Below the pieces are notes generated by a model. That model was given only the letters and a program-made list of their open reading frames with translations, ran no database searches and was not told where the DNA came from. A stretch of DNA of 64,000 nucleotides from an uncultured Candidatus Saccharibacteria bacterium (GTDB taxonomy: Bacteria; Patescibacteriota; Saccharimonadia; Saccharimonadales; JAUPVS01): positions 26,128 through 90,127 of the forward strand of contig CAYWVZ010000001.1 of assembly GCA_964462215.1 (NCBI GenBank). Reading direction: 5' to 3'. Position numbers and translations under genes: made by a program. Below, one piece after another: positions 9,293 to 18,102 of the stretch. How positions within the stretch are numbered: the stretch's first letter is position 1; each line of letters opens with the position of its first letter.

Positions 9293-9686
9293 TCCTCTCA
9301 TAGAACGAGCTTGCAAGAAAATCGGAGTTGCCCGCTCCACCTTTTACCGGTGGTGCGTGGCAGATCCGGCCTTTAAGGAAGAAGCTGAAGCAGCGATAAC
9401 TAAGGGGCGCGAGAAAATGAACGACTTTGCGGAGTCCAAGTTACTTGAGTCAATTAGCCTTGGCAACTTACAGGGCATACGATACTGGCTGGATCATAAT
9501 TCCAAGCGTTATGCAGGTGTAAGCTCGGCAGAATTGAAACGTCTACGATTCTTCGAATCCGTAGTGTATGACTTATTAGATAAGGCTGCATTTGGAAATG
9601 ATTTTGAAGTCTTTAATGTTATTGCTAAACTTCGGGACCAAGCCGAAAAACAAATACAGGAGGAAAAGAACAGAACTGAGATATAA
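9237..9686 (+). CDS. small HTH protein (phage terminase-small-subunit-like / homeodomain-like)
   Basis: 149 aa. ACKKIGVARSTFYRWCVADPAFKEE is an HTH. RBS AGAGGAAG. Overlaps the methyltransferase gene end by 56 nt. Confidence 0.45.
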   Translation: MRAKTKKQKRQLLNELVNNPLIERACKKIGVARSTFYRWCVADPAFKEEAEAAITKGREKMNDFAESKLLESISLGNLQGIRYWLDHNSKRYAGVSSAELKRLRFFESVVYDLLDKAAFGNDFEVFNVIAKLRDQAEKQIQEEKNRTEI

Positions 9687-9795
9687 TGGGACTTGTCTAG
9701 GATTCAAACAATTAGTTAACGTAACTTCCGTTGCGTAGTTATGCCGTAAAATGGGCAGCTACGTAAAAAAGAATAGGCATAACTGCTTGTTTGGG

Positions 9796-9842
9796 TCCTA
9801 GACAGTCCAGCGTGGCTGTCCTTTTTATTTGGTCTAGCTTTC
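9796..9842 (-). repeat. decayed att-like repeat copy 3 (overlaps a plus-strand terminator-like hairpin at 9801-9830)
   Basis: TCCTAGACAGTCC..CTGTCCTTTTTATTTGGTCTAGCT compared with GGTCTAGGAAC..GGTCTACCTTTTTGACTGCTTGGTCTGGCT in the good copies; same orientation. Confidence 0.5.
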
Positions 9843-9887
9843 ATCGCTGGCATGTGTCATTACTTGTCGCTTGCAAAGGAGAAAGCT

Positions 9888-10589
9888 ATGCAACAACCAA
9901 ATAAGAAGAAGTTATCAAAGAAGCCTTGGCATAAAAAATCATGGGGCGTTGTCCTTATTATTCTGTCAGTCATTACACTGACGTTCCCAATAGTGCTGTT
10001 TGTACTAATGTGGCAATCAAAGAAGTTCCCGGAGTGGGCAAAAATCGCCATCACAGCATTTGTCGTTATTGCAGCTATCGGTGCTGTCGGCTCGGAAGAA
10101 TCCGGCAATCAGACCAGCCAGAATAACAGCCCTGCTCAAGCCACCGAGCAAAAGCAAGCCGAAGAAGAACAAAAGAAAAAAGAAGCTGAAGCCTCCTACC
10201 AAAAAGTACTGGATACTTACGCCCCCGTATACTGCGCCAATCACCAAGACATAACTGTAAACGAGCCAACCCTACACGCAGATGGCTGGCCTATGGCAGA
10301 TAACAGAAAAGGTATTACCGCTGATGAGTGCAAGATACTTATAGGGCTGCTGTACTTACAGCGAGATGGCTATGCTAACCAAGAAGCATGGATTAAGTCA
10401 GTAGCAGAACGTAAGGTCGCTATCGGTATGACAAAAGTAGAGGTTGTGTACGCATGGGGTAGCCCGAGCGATATAAACCGCACTATAACCGGTGGTAACA
10501 CTCACGAGCAGTGGGTATTCGGCAACCCGATATACGGCGCAAACTACGTCTACTTCGACAATGACCTAGTAACAAGTATACAAAACTAA
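9888..10589 (+). CDS. membrane-anchored protein with a Lys/Glu-rich linker and a C-terminal SmpA/OmlA (BamE)-like domain
   Basis: ATG 9888 follows AAAGGAG. TM WGVVLIILSVITLTFPIVLFVLMW. C-terminus MTKVEVVYAWGSPSDINR...EQWVFGN...VYFDNDLV resembles BamE-type domains. Confidence 0.5.
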   Translation: MQQPNKKKLSKKPWHKKSWGVVLIILSVITLTFPIVLFVLMWQSKKFPEWAKIAITAFVVIAAIGAVGSEESGNQTSQNNSPAQATEQKQAEEEQKKKEAEASYQKVLDTYAPVYCANHQDITVNEPTLHADGWPMADNRKGITADECKILIGLLYLQRDGYANQEAWIKSVAERKVAIGMTKVEVVYAWGSPSDINRTITGGNTHEQWVFGNPIYGANYVYFDNDLVTSIQN

Positions 10590-12067
10590 CGAATACTTGT
10601 TAGACGGTTCAATATCTCTACCATTGCCAAGGTATCAAGTTTGCAGTATTTGAGTAAGTCGTTGTAGGTTTTCTCGGCTTCGTCAGGATTCAGAGCGCCC
10701 GTAACTGCATCAAACCACCTTACAGCGGCAACATCACCCTTTTGTATATCCAAGTCTTTATACGAATGCTCGGGTACCAGTACGGGTAATACGGCCTTGA
10801 TGGAGCAACTGCCCTTGAAATCTGGGTGTACATAGAGCTGTTTCGCAAAAATGTCTTTCAGATCAAATACCCTGTCATTAACACCGTGCAGGAAATTAGC
10901 ATACTCAGGGTAGAGCGTTGCCATTTCAGCGTTTCTGCCAACCTCGAACGATTTATGCCAAACTAAGACACTACCTGTATTGCCAATGTGATCTCTCATG
11001 GTACTGACCAGTTCTTCTATAGGATTAGTGCTAGCATCAGTGCTTAAGTATTCGTAATGTTCAGGCTCTGCGTTTGCTTCCTTTAGAACGTGCAACGAAT
11101 ACTGGAATGGTACTTGCTGGTATGGATGGCAGCGATTGAACATTGGCAGAGCGGTAGAAATGCTTTCGTAATCCAAAAAGTACAGCGGATAACTCAGTTC
11201 ATCAAGCATGAGGGCTATGCCAGCAGTGTCTATAATCGGTTCGCCAGATTTTGCTACCTGTACTTGCTTGGCTTGTGGTGGGGTTAGCTTAAAATCGTCA
11301 GGCACGTCAGTAAGACTAAAGATCTCATCATCTACTAGGCTAGCTAGTTTCTTGCCTTGCATGCGAGCAATGTCGAAAACGGAATACTCAGGAACATCGG
11401 GGTTAAAATACCGGAAAGTCGGGCAGTGTTTGCCACGCGAAAGTAAACGGCAACTACAACCCTTTGGCTCGGTCTTGTCCTTCAAACGATGTAGGGCATC
11501 GCTAACTTGCTGGCGAATTATTTCGATCAGCTCTGCTACTTGCTCGTCAACACAAGTTTTTGTGAGCAAACTACCAACATCAACGGTTTCGCTGTTACGA
11601 ACGTACTCTTTATTCATATGCACTACGTAGGTACTAACGATATTGTAGCCAGCAGTCTCAAAAGCTACCCGCTGAAATGCAATGTCGCTATAGTGCTCCT
11701 TTTTGATAGAATTCGTGGACTTTATTTCGTATAGAACCCAGCCGTCTTGTGCCTCGTCATACTCCAATACGTCAGCCATAGCCAATAAACCGTTGTCGGT
11801 CACAACGGTTGCTTGAAAGATAGTTCTAGCGCCATTCGCAATTAGCTTTTCAGTTTCGGGCTTTGCTTGATGACCTTTGGCTTGTACTAGGGCCACATTA
11901 CTGAATAGTGTGCGGGCATAGCGTTCAATTTCGTTACCTTGTTCAAGCCGCTGCTTGGCAACCTCTTCCTGATCATCGGATGGCACTAACTCACGTTTGT
12001 GTTTCCATAGCCAAAAATAGCTAGGGCAGATTTGGTATTTCAGGAAATCGGATTTAGATAAATGCAT
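10586..12067 (-). CDS. DUF2779-family protein: N-terminal Cas4/RecB-like PD-(D/E)XK nuclease plus C-terminal RNase-H-fold (DEDD-like) domain
   Basis: 493 aa. N-terminus LSKSDFLKYQICPSYFWLW. DVLEY...LYEIKS (D..ExK). Cys cluster C14 + CSCRLLSRGKHC. Later YFLDYES (DxE). The start abuts the upstream stop (TAAATG). Confidence 0.6.
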   Translation of the reverse strand: MHLSKSDFLKYQICPSYFWLWKHKRELVPSDDQEEVAKQRLEQGNEIERYARTLFSNVALVQAKGHQAKPETEKLIANGARTIFQATVVTDNGLLAMADVLEYDEAQDGWVLYEIKSTNSIKKEHYSDIAFQRVAFETAGYNIVSTYVVHMNKEYVRNSETVDVGSLLTKTCVDEQVAELIEIIRQQVSDALHRLKDKTEPKGCSCRLLSRGKHCPTFRYFNPDVPEYSVFDIARMQGKKLASLVDDEIFSLTDVPDDFKLTPPQAKQVQVAKSGEPIIDTAGIALMLDELSYPLYFLDYESISTALPMFNRCHPYQQVPFQYSLHVLKEANAEPEHYEYLSTDASTNPIEELVSTMRDHIGNTGSVLVWHKSFEVGRNAEMATLYPEYANFLHGVNDRVFDLKDIFAKQLYVHPDFKGSCSIKAVLPVLVPEHSYKDLDIQKGDVAAVRWFDAVTGALNPDEAEKTYNDLLKYCKLDTLAMVEILNRLTSIR

Positions 12068-12919
12068 TTACTTTGTATTCTTGTCTTTTAGGATGGTAAT
12101 TAAAGCAATACTCAGATGCAATACGGTGTGTGCATCTTCATAATCTGGATCGTTGTCAGTGCCAGAGTTATGTACGCTTCTTTTATTAACAAAAGAAGTC
12201 AATGAGGTTATTAATGATGGCCAATCAAGAATATCTTTTTTCGGTAAGTCCAGTTTATCAATATTATCTGAGATTTGCTTTGCATATTTACCTAAGTTGG
12301 TCGTTTTGTCATCTGGGTAGAGTCTGTCCCTGATTGCTCCCGCTAGCTGATCTAGTGATTTCTGCACTACGCTAGGGAGATTTTGACGCGATACATCGTA
12401 TAGGTCATTCCACGCTTGCTGTATGCGTTTATTATCCTCAAGCTGTGAAAGCTGTAAGTCAGCTTCTTCTGGAACTCTGAATTGCAAACTTATGGACACA
12501 CTGTGCCAATTTGGATCTGGAAGCCCCTGATTATTTTGCCGTACCGGCTTAGACTCAGAATGAACTGTATATTCTGAATTTGCCCCACTTAATATGTCCT
12601 CAAGCTCCCTGGCCGATGCATCATCTGGGTATGTCTGTAGAAGGTAGTTGATGTAATCTGCGATAAGCTCATTATTGCCTGATATTGATGCAGTGTGCGC
12701 TTCTAAATTATCTCCAAAGCTGCGTCTAAAAGCAGCGCTAATTTTTGCATTAAAACTATCGCTGATAGTTGTGTACATAGTGTTATACACTGATGGTTGA
12801 GGCGTATGGCCCTGTACATGGGCGCTAATCCATCTGAATACAGAGTCTTGCAAGAAAGGCGGAAAGCCTTTGGTTATCTCATTGGCATTATTATCTGGGT
12901 ATAAACGGTTAAAACTCAT
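12068..12919 (-). CDS. hypothetical protein; its C-terminal helix pair resembles an abortive-infection Abi_C-type domain
   Basis: 283 aa. The C-terminus VNKRSVHNSGTDNDPDYEDAHTVLHLSIALITIL is reminiscent of the RN..aHG...a..l.la motif of Abi_C. Weak by-eye similarity only. Confidence 0.35.
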   Translation of the reverse strand: MSFNRLYPDNNANEITKGFPPFLQDSVFRWISAHVQGHTPQPSVYNTMYTTISDSFNAKISAAFRRSFGDNLEAHTASISGNNELIADYINYLLQTYPDDASARELEDILSGANSEYTVHSESKPVRQNNQGLPDPNWHSVSISLQFRVPEEADLQLSQLEDNKRIQQAWNDLYDVSRQNLPSVVQKSLDQLAGAIRDRLYPDDKTTNLGKYAKQISDNIDKLDLPKKDILDWPSLITSLTSFVNKRSVHNSGTDNDPDYEDAHTVLHLSIALITILKDKNTK

Positions 12920-13016
12920 GCGAATATTTGTTGGAGCAAGTTTTTTGGATTTTTTACTACTCCAGCTTCCTTTTAACTGGTTCTATTTTATCACCTTAGG
13001 TAATAAAGAGTCGGAT

Positions 13017-13646
13017 TTAGAGAGATACATATTTCCTCTTGCTCCCATTTTTCAATCTTTCATTTACTTTCTCAAGTACTGACTCTTTTGCTCTTAGATT
13101 GTTCGCTGCTGCAAACTGTAAGAACCACAAAGTCCACTTAATGGCAGTATCGTAATCATTTCCGTCCAGAAGTGCCGTTGTCTTTCCTGAAAAGTGGATT
13201 GTTTTTGAACATTCATTATATAACTTCTTCAATACAGTAGGCTTGCTGGGATTCGTAGGGATTCTTGCCACCATTTGTGTGTATGTTTGACGGACATTAA
13301 CAGGATACTTTTTGTCGTCAGACTTTGGAAAATGTTTACCGTCTTTGTATGCCTTTATGAAATCCCTTAGTTCTGGACCCTCCAGCTTACGAACCTCGTT
13401 GATAATTGACATGCTTTCTGCCAAGAGTCTGAGTAGTGCAATAATTGCCAGCGTATGGCTTTTGTCTCCATTCTCTATCAACGCTTGTATTGAACGTCCA
13501 GTAGATACCGTATATTCGTGGTAATCACTCAAAAGCGTGAAGTAATATCTTTGTTTGCTTTTTTGAGGCACGATACTTACAAAAGCTGTAAAACTTTCCT
13601 CAACATCTGTTATCGCTTGACCTATCTGTTGCGACTCCTTTGTCAT
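13017..13646 (-). CDS. hypothetical helical protein, translationally coupled to the type IIG enzyme gene
   Basis: 209 aa. ATGA overlap with the upstream gene (13643-13646). No recognisable motif. Confidence 0.5.
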   Translation of the reverse strand: MTKESQQIGQAITDVEESFTAFVSIVPQKSKQRYYFTLLSDYHEYTVSTGRSIQALIENGDKSHTLAIIALLRLLAESMSIINEVRKLEGPELRDFIKAYKDGKHFPKSDDKKYPVNVRQTYTQMVARIPTNPSKPTVLKKLYNECSKTIHFSGKTTALLDGNDYDTAIKWTLWFLQFAAANNLRAKESVLEKVNERLKNGSKRKYVSL

Positions 13647-16600
13647 AATTTCTCAACAATGGTGATTTCTTCGGGGGTTAGGTTGTAGAGTTTGTAGACA
13701 AGCTGGTCGATTTCTTGGTCGGTTTTTTGGATTTGGGTATCGAGTTCGGCACATTCTTTTTTGTACTTTTCGAAGAGTTGGAGGAGTTCGTCTTTTTGCT
13801 GGAGAGATAGCTTCACTTTGAGGACTTTTACGAAGTCGGCGAAATCAAGCGTCCACCATTTGTTGAGTTTGGCTGCCCATTTTTCAATACCATACTCAGA
13901 TGATATTAACTTTCTAAAACTGTTCGATTTGTTTTGCAGGGTGGCGATTGCGTCAAGCATTGCTATAGAAAGTTCTTTGATATCATCATTTGGCACAACG
14001 ATAGGAAAATTAGCTAATTCACCAGCTTTCATTTGCGGGAATAATCCGCGCTGCATCTTACCTAACTTATTTACAAACCAAAACGATATCAACTTAGAGT
14101 TTAAGATACCGCATAAGGCTGGCAATAGCGAGACCTCATCATCATTTCGTCCGTAAACTACTATATAATTTTGGTCATTATAATAGTTCTCAGGAACGAC
14201 CATTGCCTGTATGGAGTGTGGCAGTTGTGATGGAATCACTCTAACAAGCAGGTGCATCTTATCGAACAGCTCCAGCCGTCTTGGTTCTCCCAGGTTATTC
14301 CCATATTTGATATACTCGCCAGACCAATCTGCATAGTATCGCTTTACATCACTTCCGCCAAAATAAGGCTTCCAATCAGACCCACTCGGTACATGAGAAT
14401 GGTAGACTCGTTTTTGACCCATTTCTTTATCTTGTTCAGGCGTTCCGTTACCAAGCTTGTAGGCAACCAGTCCATTTGAAATGGCGACTATGTCCTTTAG
14501 ATTTTGCCGCCCAGATTCAATCTTTTTCACAAGGTTCGCTTTTTCAGGACTTTGATACATTTCAAAGTTAATAATGTTGTCGCCATCAACAAAAATGTTC
14601 TTATCAATTCTTAGGATTTCAGTAAGTTCGCCGTCTGTCATATTATAAGCAGTAAGATTCTTGCTGGTCTGGTCTTTTTTGAATGTCGAAATCATAGTAT
14701 CAACATTTGCATCTGAAAAAACTTTTCCATAGATATTAACAATGTTAATTTCTGACGTATTTTCCAAAAAGTATTTACGGAAATCAGCTAACGAACGGAT
14801 AGTTAATACGTTATTTGGAGATATAAAAGATAGATAGCCGCCCGTCTTTAGTATCTCAAAGGCTTTTTCAAAGAAGTATATGTCAGTTCTAGGCTTGAGC
14901 TTATAGAGAATATATTTATCACGATAGTAAAGACCCTCTGGCTTGCTCATATTGTTACTGCGCAAGAAAACATACGGCGGGTTGCCAACTACCACATCAA
15001 ATCCGCCATTCTTAAATATCTCTGGGAATTGCTCTTGCCAGTTAAAGGCTTTGTCGCCAGCAACTTCCGAGTCGTCAATCAGGCTATTACCGCACTTTAT
15101 GTTGTTGTCCAACGCTGTGAGTTTCTTGCCCTTTTGGGCGGTCTTAAGCCACAACGATAGCTTGGTAATCTCTACTGATTCATCGTTAAGGTCAACACCG
15201 TAAATGTTGTTTTGCAGAATTGATTTAATGTAGTCATCGCTACTAAATAAGTTGTTGCCAAGTATACTCGCAACACGTTTGTTTTCTGCGAGTAAATAGT
15301 CAAAGACGTAAACTAAGAACGCACCCGAGCCACAAGCAGGGTCAACCACTTTGACGTTCTGTAGAAACTCCTGATATTTGTTGTAGGCTTGTTTTTCACG
15401 CTTCTCATAGTTTCTGTCATTGATGTCGCCCTTAAGCGCAAACTCGTCTTTGAACTTGTCTTCATGTTCTCGCAGATATGCACCAAGCGAATTATCTACG
15501 ATGTAACGGACGATGTAGTCAGGTGTATAGAAAATACCGTCTTTCTTGCGCCGAGATTGCTGGATTGCTTCTAGGTTTTGTTGCTCATTGACCTTGCTTT
15601 TAATTTCTTCCAGATCGCTGATAGATTGCTCAAAGATATGACCAAGAATCGTAACACTCAAGTCTTCATCGAAATTGTAATTACTGAGCGTTAGAACTGA
15701 ACGTAATGACTCATCGCTAATCTTCAGACTGTTGAGGTCTGGGTCGTGTTTGAACAGACCACCGTTATAACCGTCAGGAATCTCCAACTTGGGGCTACCA
15801 ACGTCAATAGCTTCAAAGAAACCTTTGAGCGTACTCCACAAGCTACCGCCAAACACAGAACTATCAGCAGCCTTTACGACACGTTGTAGGGTGTTATCTG
15901 GCAATAAGCCCTTGTCTTCGGCGAACGCCGCAAACACGATACGGTCTATAATCTTCTGGGCTTTTTCGATGCCAGTATCTATGTCTGTTCTGATCTGCTC
16001 ATTCTGTCGGTAAATGTCACGGAGTAATTCAAGACGAGCCTGGCGGTAGACTTTGTAAAACTTCTTACCAATTTCTTCTTGTTCAAAGCGGATGTCACTC
16101 AGTAAGTCCTCGGTTTTACTCGAACCTTTCGGTGTTGTGAGGTTGTCGCTGTGAATGAGTGTGTAGAACGTCTTGAACTTTAGGTAGTCGTCTTCAGGAT
16201 CAACAAGATCGTCTAACGTCCAGAGTTCATAGTCTAGTTGGTTGTCGTGATATAAGCGGAATTCCCAGAAGTTGCTGACAATAACAAACGGACAGTTGCG
16301 ATACTGCGTTTTATACTTAAAGCCTTGCTGAACTGGACTCATGTTACCTTCACGGCGCTGCGGACGGTCTAGCTCAATGGCAGCACCTTTTAGCTCAACT
16401 ACTGCGGCTATGTTCTTAATCTCACTCGAGACATCCGTGTGACTAAGCACGGCATCAGGTAGCTGACCTTTGTCTGTGGTGGCTTTTGGTTCAAAACTAT
16501 AGGGAACGGCTGGCTTCTCTTTGTAGCCAAGTATCTTAATGAAAAAATCTTGATTATAGGCTTGCTCACGAGATGTTTCTTTGTCTCGCTTGAGGCTACC

Positions 16601-16726
16601 GTTATGGTAGTCATGGTGCCATGTTTTGACGATAGCGATTTTATCTTCCAGATTCGAAGTCTCTAGTTTAGACGCTATGTCACGAAGTTTATTTTTTCCG
16701 AACAGGCTTGCCATATTAGACAACAT
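13643..16726 (-). CDS. type IIG restriction-modification enzyme (N-terminal PD-ExK endonuclease + gamma-class N6-adenine methyltransferase + target-recognition region; MmeI/Eco57I-like)
   Basis: 1027 aa. QLPDAVL...AVVELKG (PD...ExK). VVDPACGSGAFLV (motif I). VVGNPPYVF (motif IV). Long C-terminal specificity region. Confidence 0.8.
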   Translation of the reverse strand: MLSNMASLFGKNKLRDIASKLETSNLEDKIAIVKTWHHDYHNGSLKRDKETSREQAYNQDFFIKILGYKEKPAVPYSFEPKATTDKGQLPDAVLSHTDVSSEIKNIAAVVELKGAAIELDRPQRREGNMSPVQQGFKYKTQYRNCPFVIVSNFWEFRLYHDNQLDYELWTLDDLVDPEDDYLKFKTFYTLIHSDNLTTPKGSSKTEDLLSDIRFEQEEIGKKFYKVYRQARLELLRDIYRQNEQIRTDIDTGIEKAQKIIDRIVFAAFAEDKGLLPDNTLQRVVKAADSSVFGGSLWSTLKGFFEAIDVGSPKLEIPDGYNGGLFKHDPDLNSLKISDESLRSVLTLSNYNFDEDLSVTILGHIFEQSISDLEEIKSKVNEQQNLEAIQQSRRKKDGIFYTPDYIVRYIVDNSLGAYLREHEDKFKDEFALKGDINDRNYEKREKQAYNKYQEFLQNVKVVDPACGSGAFLVYVFDYLLAENKRVASILGNNLFSSDDYIKSILQNNIYGVDLNDESVEITKLSLWLKTAQKGKKLTALDNNIKCGNSLIDDSEVAGDKAFNWQEQFPEIFKNGGFDVVVGNPPYVFLRSNNMSKPEGLYYRDKYILYKLKPRTDIYFFEKAFEILKTGGYLSFISPNNVLTIRSLADFRKYFLENTSEINIVNIYGKVFSDANVDTMISTFKKDQTSKNLTAYNMTDGELTEILRIDKNIFVDGDNIINFEMYQSPEKANLVKKIESGRQNLKDIVAISNGLVAYKLGNGTPEQDKEMGQKRVYHSHVPSGSDWKPYFGGSDVKRYYADWSGEYIKYGNNLGEPRRLELFDKMHLLVRVIPSQLPHSIQAMVVPENYYNDQNYIVVYGRNDDEVSLLPALCGILNSKLISFWFVNKLGKMQRGLFPQMKAGELANFPIVVPNDDIKELSIAMLDAIATLQNKSNSFRKLISSEYGIEKWAAKLNKWWTLDFADFVKVLKVKLSLQQKDELLQLFEKYKKECAELDTQIQKTDQEIDQLVYKLYNLTPEEITIVEKL

Positions 16727-16802
16727 TATACCTTAAAAACAGATATAAATCTGGAAGATTCGCCTAGACTTTATATTCCTTTGCGGTACCTTGTACCTTG
16801 CT

Positions 16803-18077
16803 ATGGAAACAGTCCCAGAACTCAAATACTGCCTGTATGCACGAAAATCGAGCGAGTCCGATGAACGGCAAGCTATGAGTATTGACTCGCAGTTGGCGGA
16901 AATGCGTGCCCTTGCGCAAAACCAAGGATTGGATGTAGTGTGTGAACTGCAAGAAAGCCACTCGGCAAAAGACTCGGGGAAAAGACCTGTCTACAATCAA
17001 CTACTGCAAGGCGTGAGGAATGATGAATATAACGCCATTCTTACATGGGCACCCGACCGATTAAGTCGTAATGCCGGTGACCTGGGTGCAGTTGTTGACC
17101 TAATGGATCAAGGTAAGCTGCTTCACATAAAGACGTATTCCCAAACGTTTACGAATAATCCGAATGAAAAATTTTTGTTGATGATTCTCTGTTCTCAGGC
17201 CAAACTAGAAAACGATAATAAAAGTATCAATGTGAAGCGTGGTATCAAGGCAAAGTGCGAGATGGGATGGAGACCGGGCGTTGCACCACTAGGCTATATA
17301 AACCGTACATTTGGCGGAGTTAGTGATATTATTCCTGATCCGGAACGAGCTGAGGTTATAACTGAAATGTTCCATAAAGCATCTCAAGGTTGGAGTGGGC
17401 GTAGGTTAAAAGATTGGCTCGATGAAAAAGGTATTACTACTCGCAGCGGAAAACCAGTTCCGCTCAGTAGTTTGTTGGCAATGTTAATAAACCCCTTTTA
17501 CTACGGAGAATTTCAATATCCTGAGGGTGCAGGAGCGAAATGGTACAAGGGGGCACACAAGCCGCTCATATCAAAAGAACTGTTCGATGAATTACAACAG
17601 ACACGTGGAACCAATAAAGGAATATGGGGCTCAAAACAGTTTGCGTTTCGTGGGCTTATAAAATGTGGCCAGTGTGGTGCTGAGTTCACAGCTCAGGAAA
17701 AGTTCAAGAAGTTGAAGAACGGTGAATTTAACCGGCATGTTTACTACAACTGCACACGAAGAGTTGATCGAGACTGCACAGAAAAGTACATCAATGAAAA
17801 AGACCTGTGTGTGCTACTCCAGGAGTTCATTGAAAAAAATCACGACAAAATACACTTTACCGACAAACTGCGAGCTAAAATAGAAAGGCATTACCAAGTC
17901 ACCAAAACTCTACTTGGGCACTATGGCCTTGAGCAGTCGTTGGATGTACCATTTGTGGAGTATTCTAGATATATTCTAGTGCGAGGTACAGAGGCTGAAC
18001 GTGTAGCGTATGTCAACGGATTTACGACAAAACTGCTTATCAATGACGGCAATCTACTTATCCAGCCAGCGCGATAA
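16803..18077 (+). CDS. large serine recombinase (resolvase domain + recombinase domain + zinc ribbon)
   Basis: CLYARKSSESDERQAMSIDSQ (catalytic Ser region). ILTWAPDRLSRN. CGQCGAEF...YYNCTRR..DC zinc ribbon. Confidence 0.85.
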   Translation: METVPELKYCLYARKSSESDERQAMSIDSQLAEMRALAQNQGLDVVCELQESHSAKDSGKRPVYNQLLQGVRNDEYNAILTWAPDRLSRNAGDLGAVVDLMDQGKLLHIKTYSQTFTNNPNEKFLLMILCSQAKLENDNKSINVKRGIKAKCEMGWRPGVAPLGYINRTFGGVSDIIPDPERAEVITEMFHKASQGWSGRRLKDWLDEKGITTRSGKPVPLSSLLAMLINPFYYGEFQYPEGAGAKWYKGAHKPLISKELFDELQQTRGTNKGIWGSKQFAFRGLIKCGQCGAEFTAQEKFKKLKNGEFNRHVYYNCTRRVDRDCTEKYINEKDLCVLLQEFIEKNHDKIHFTDKLRAKIERHYQVTKTLLGHYGLEQSLDVPFVEYSRYILVRGTEAERVAYVNGFTTKLLINDGNLLIQPAR

Positions 18078-18102
18078 AACCTGATACCCTATAATAGATA
18101 GT

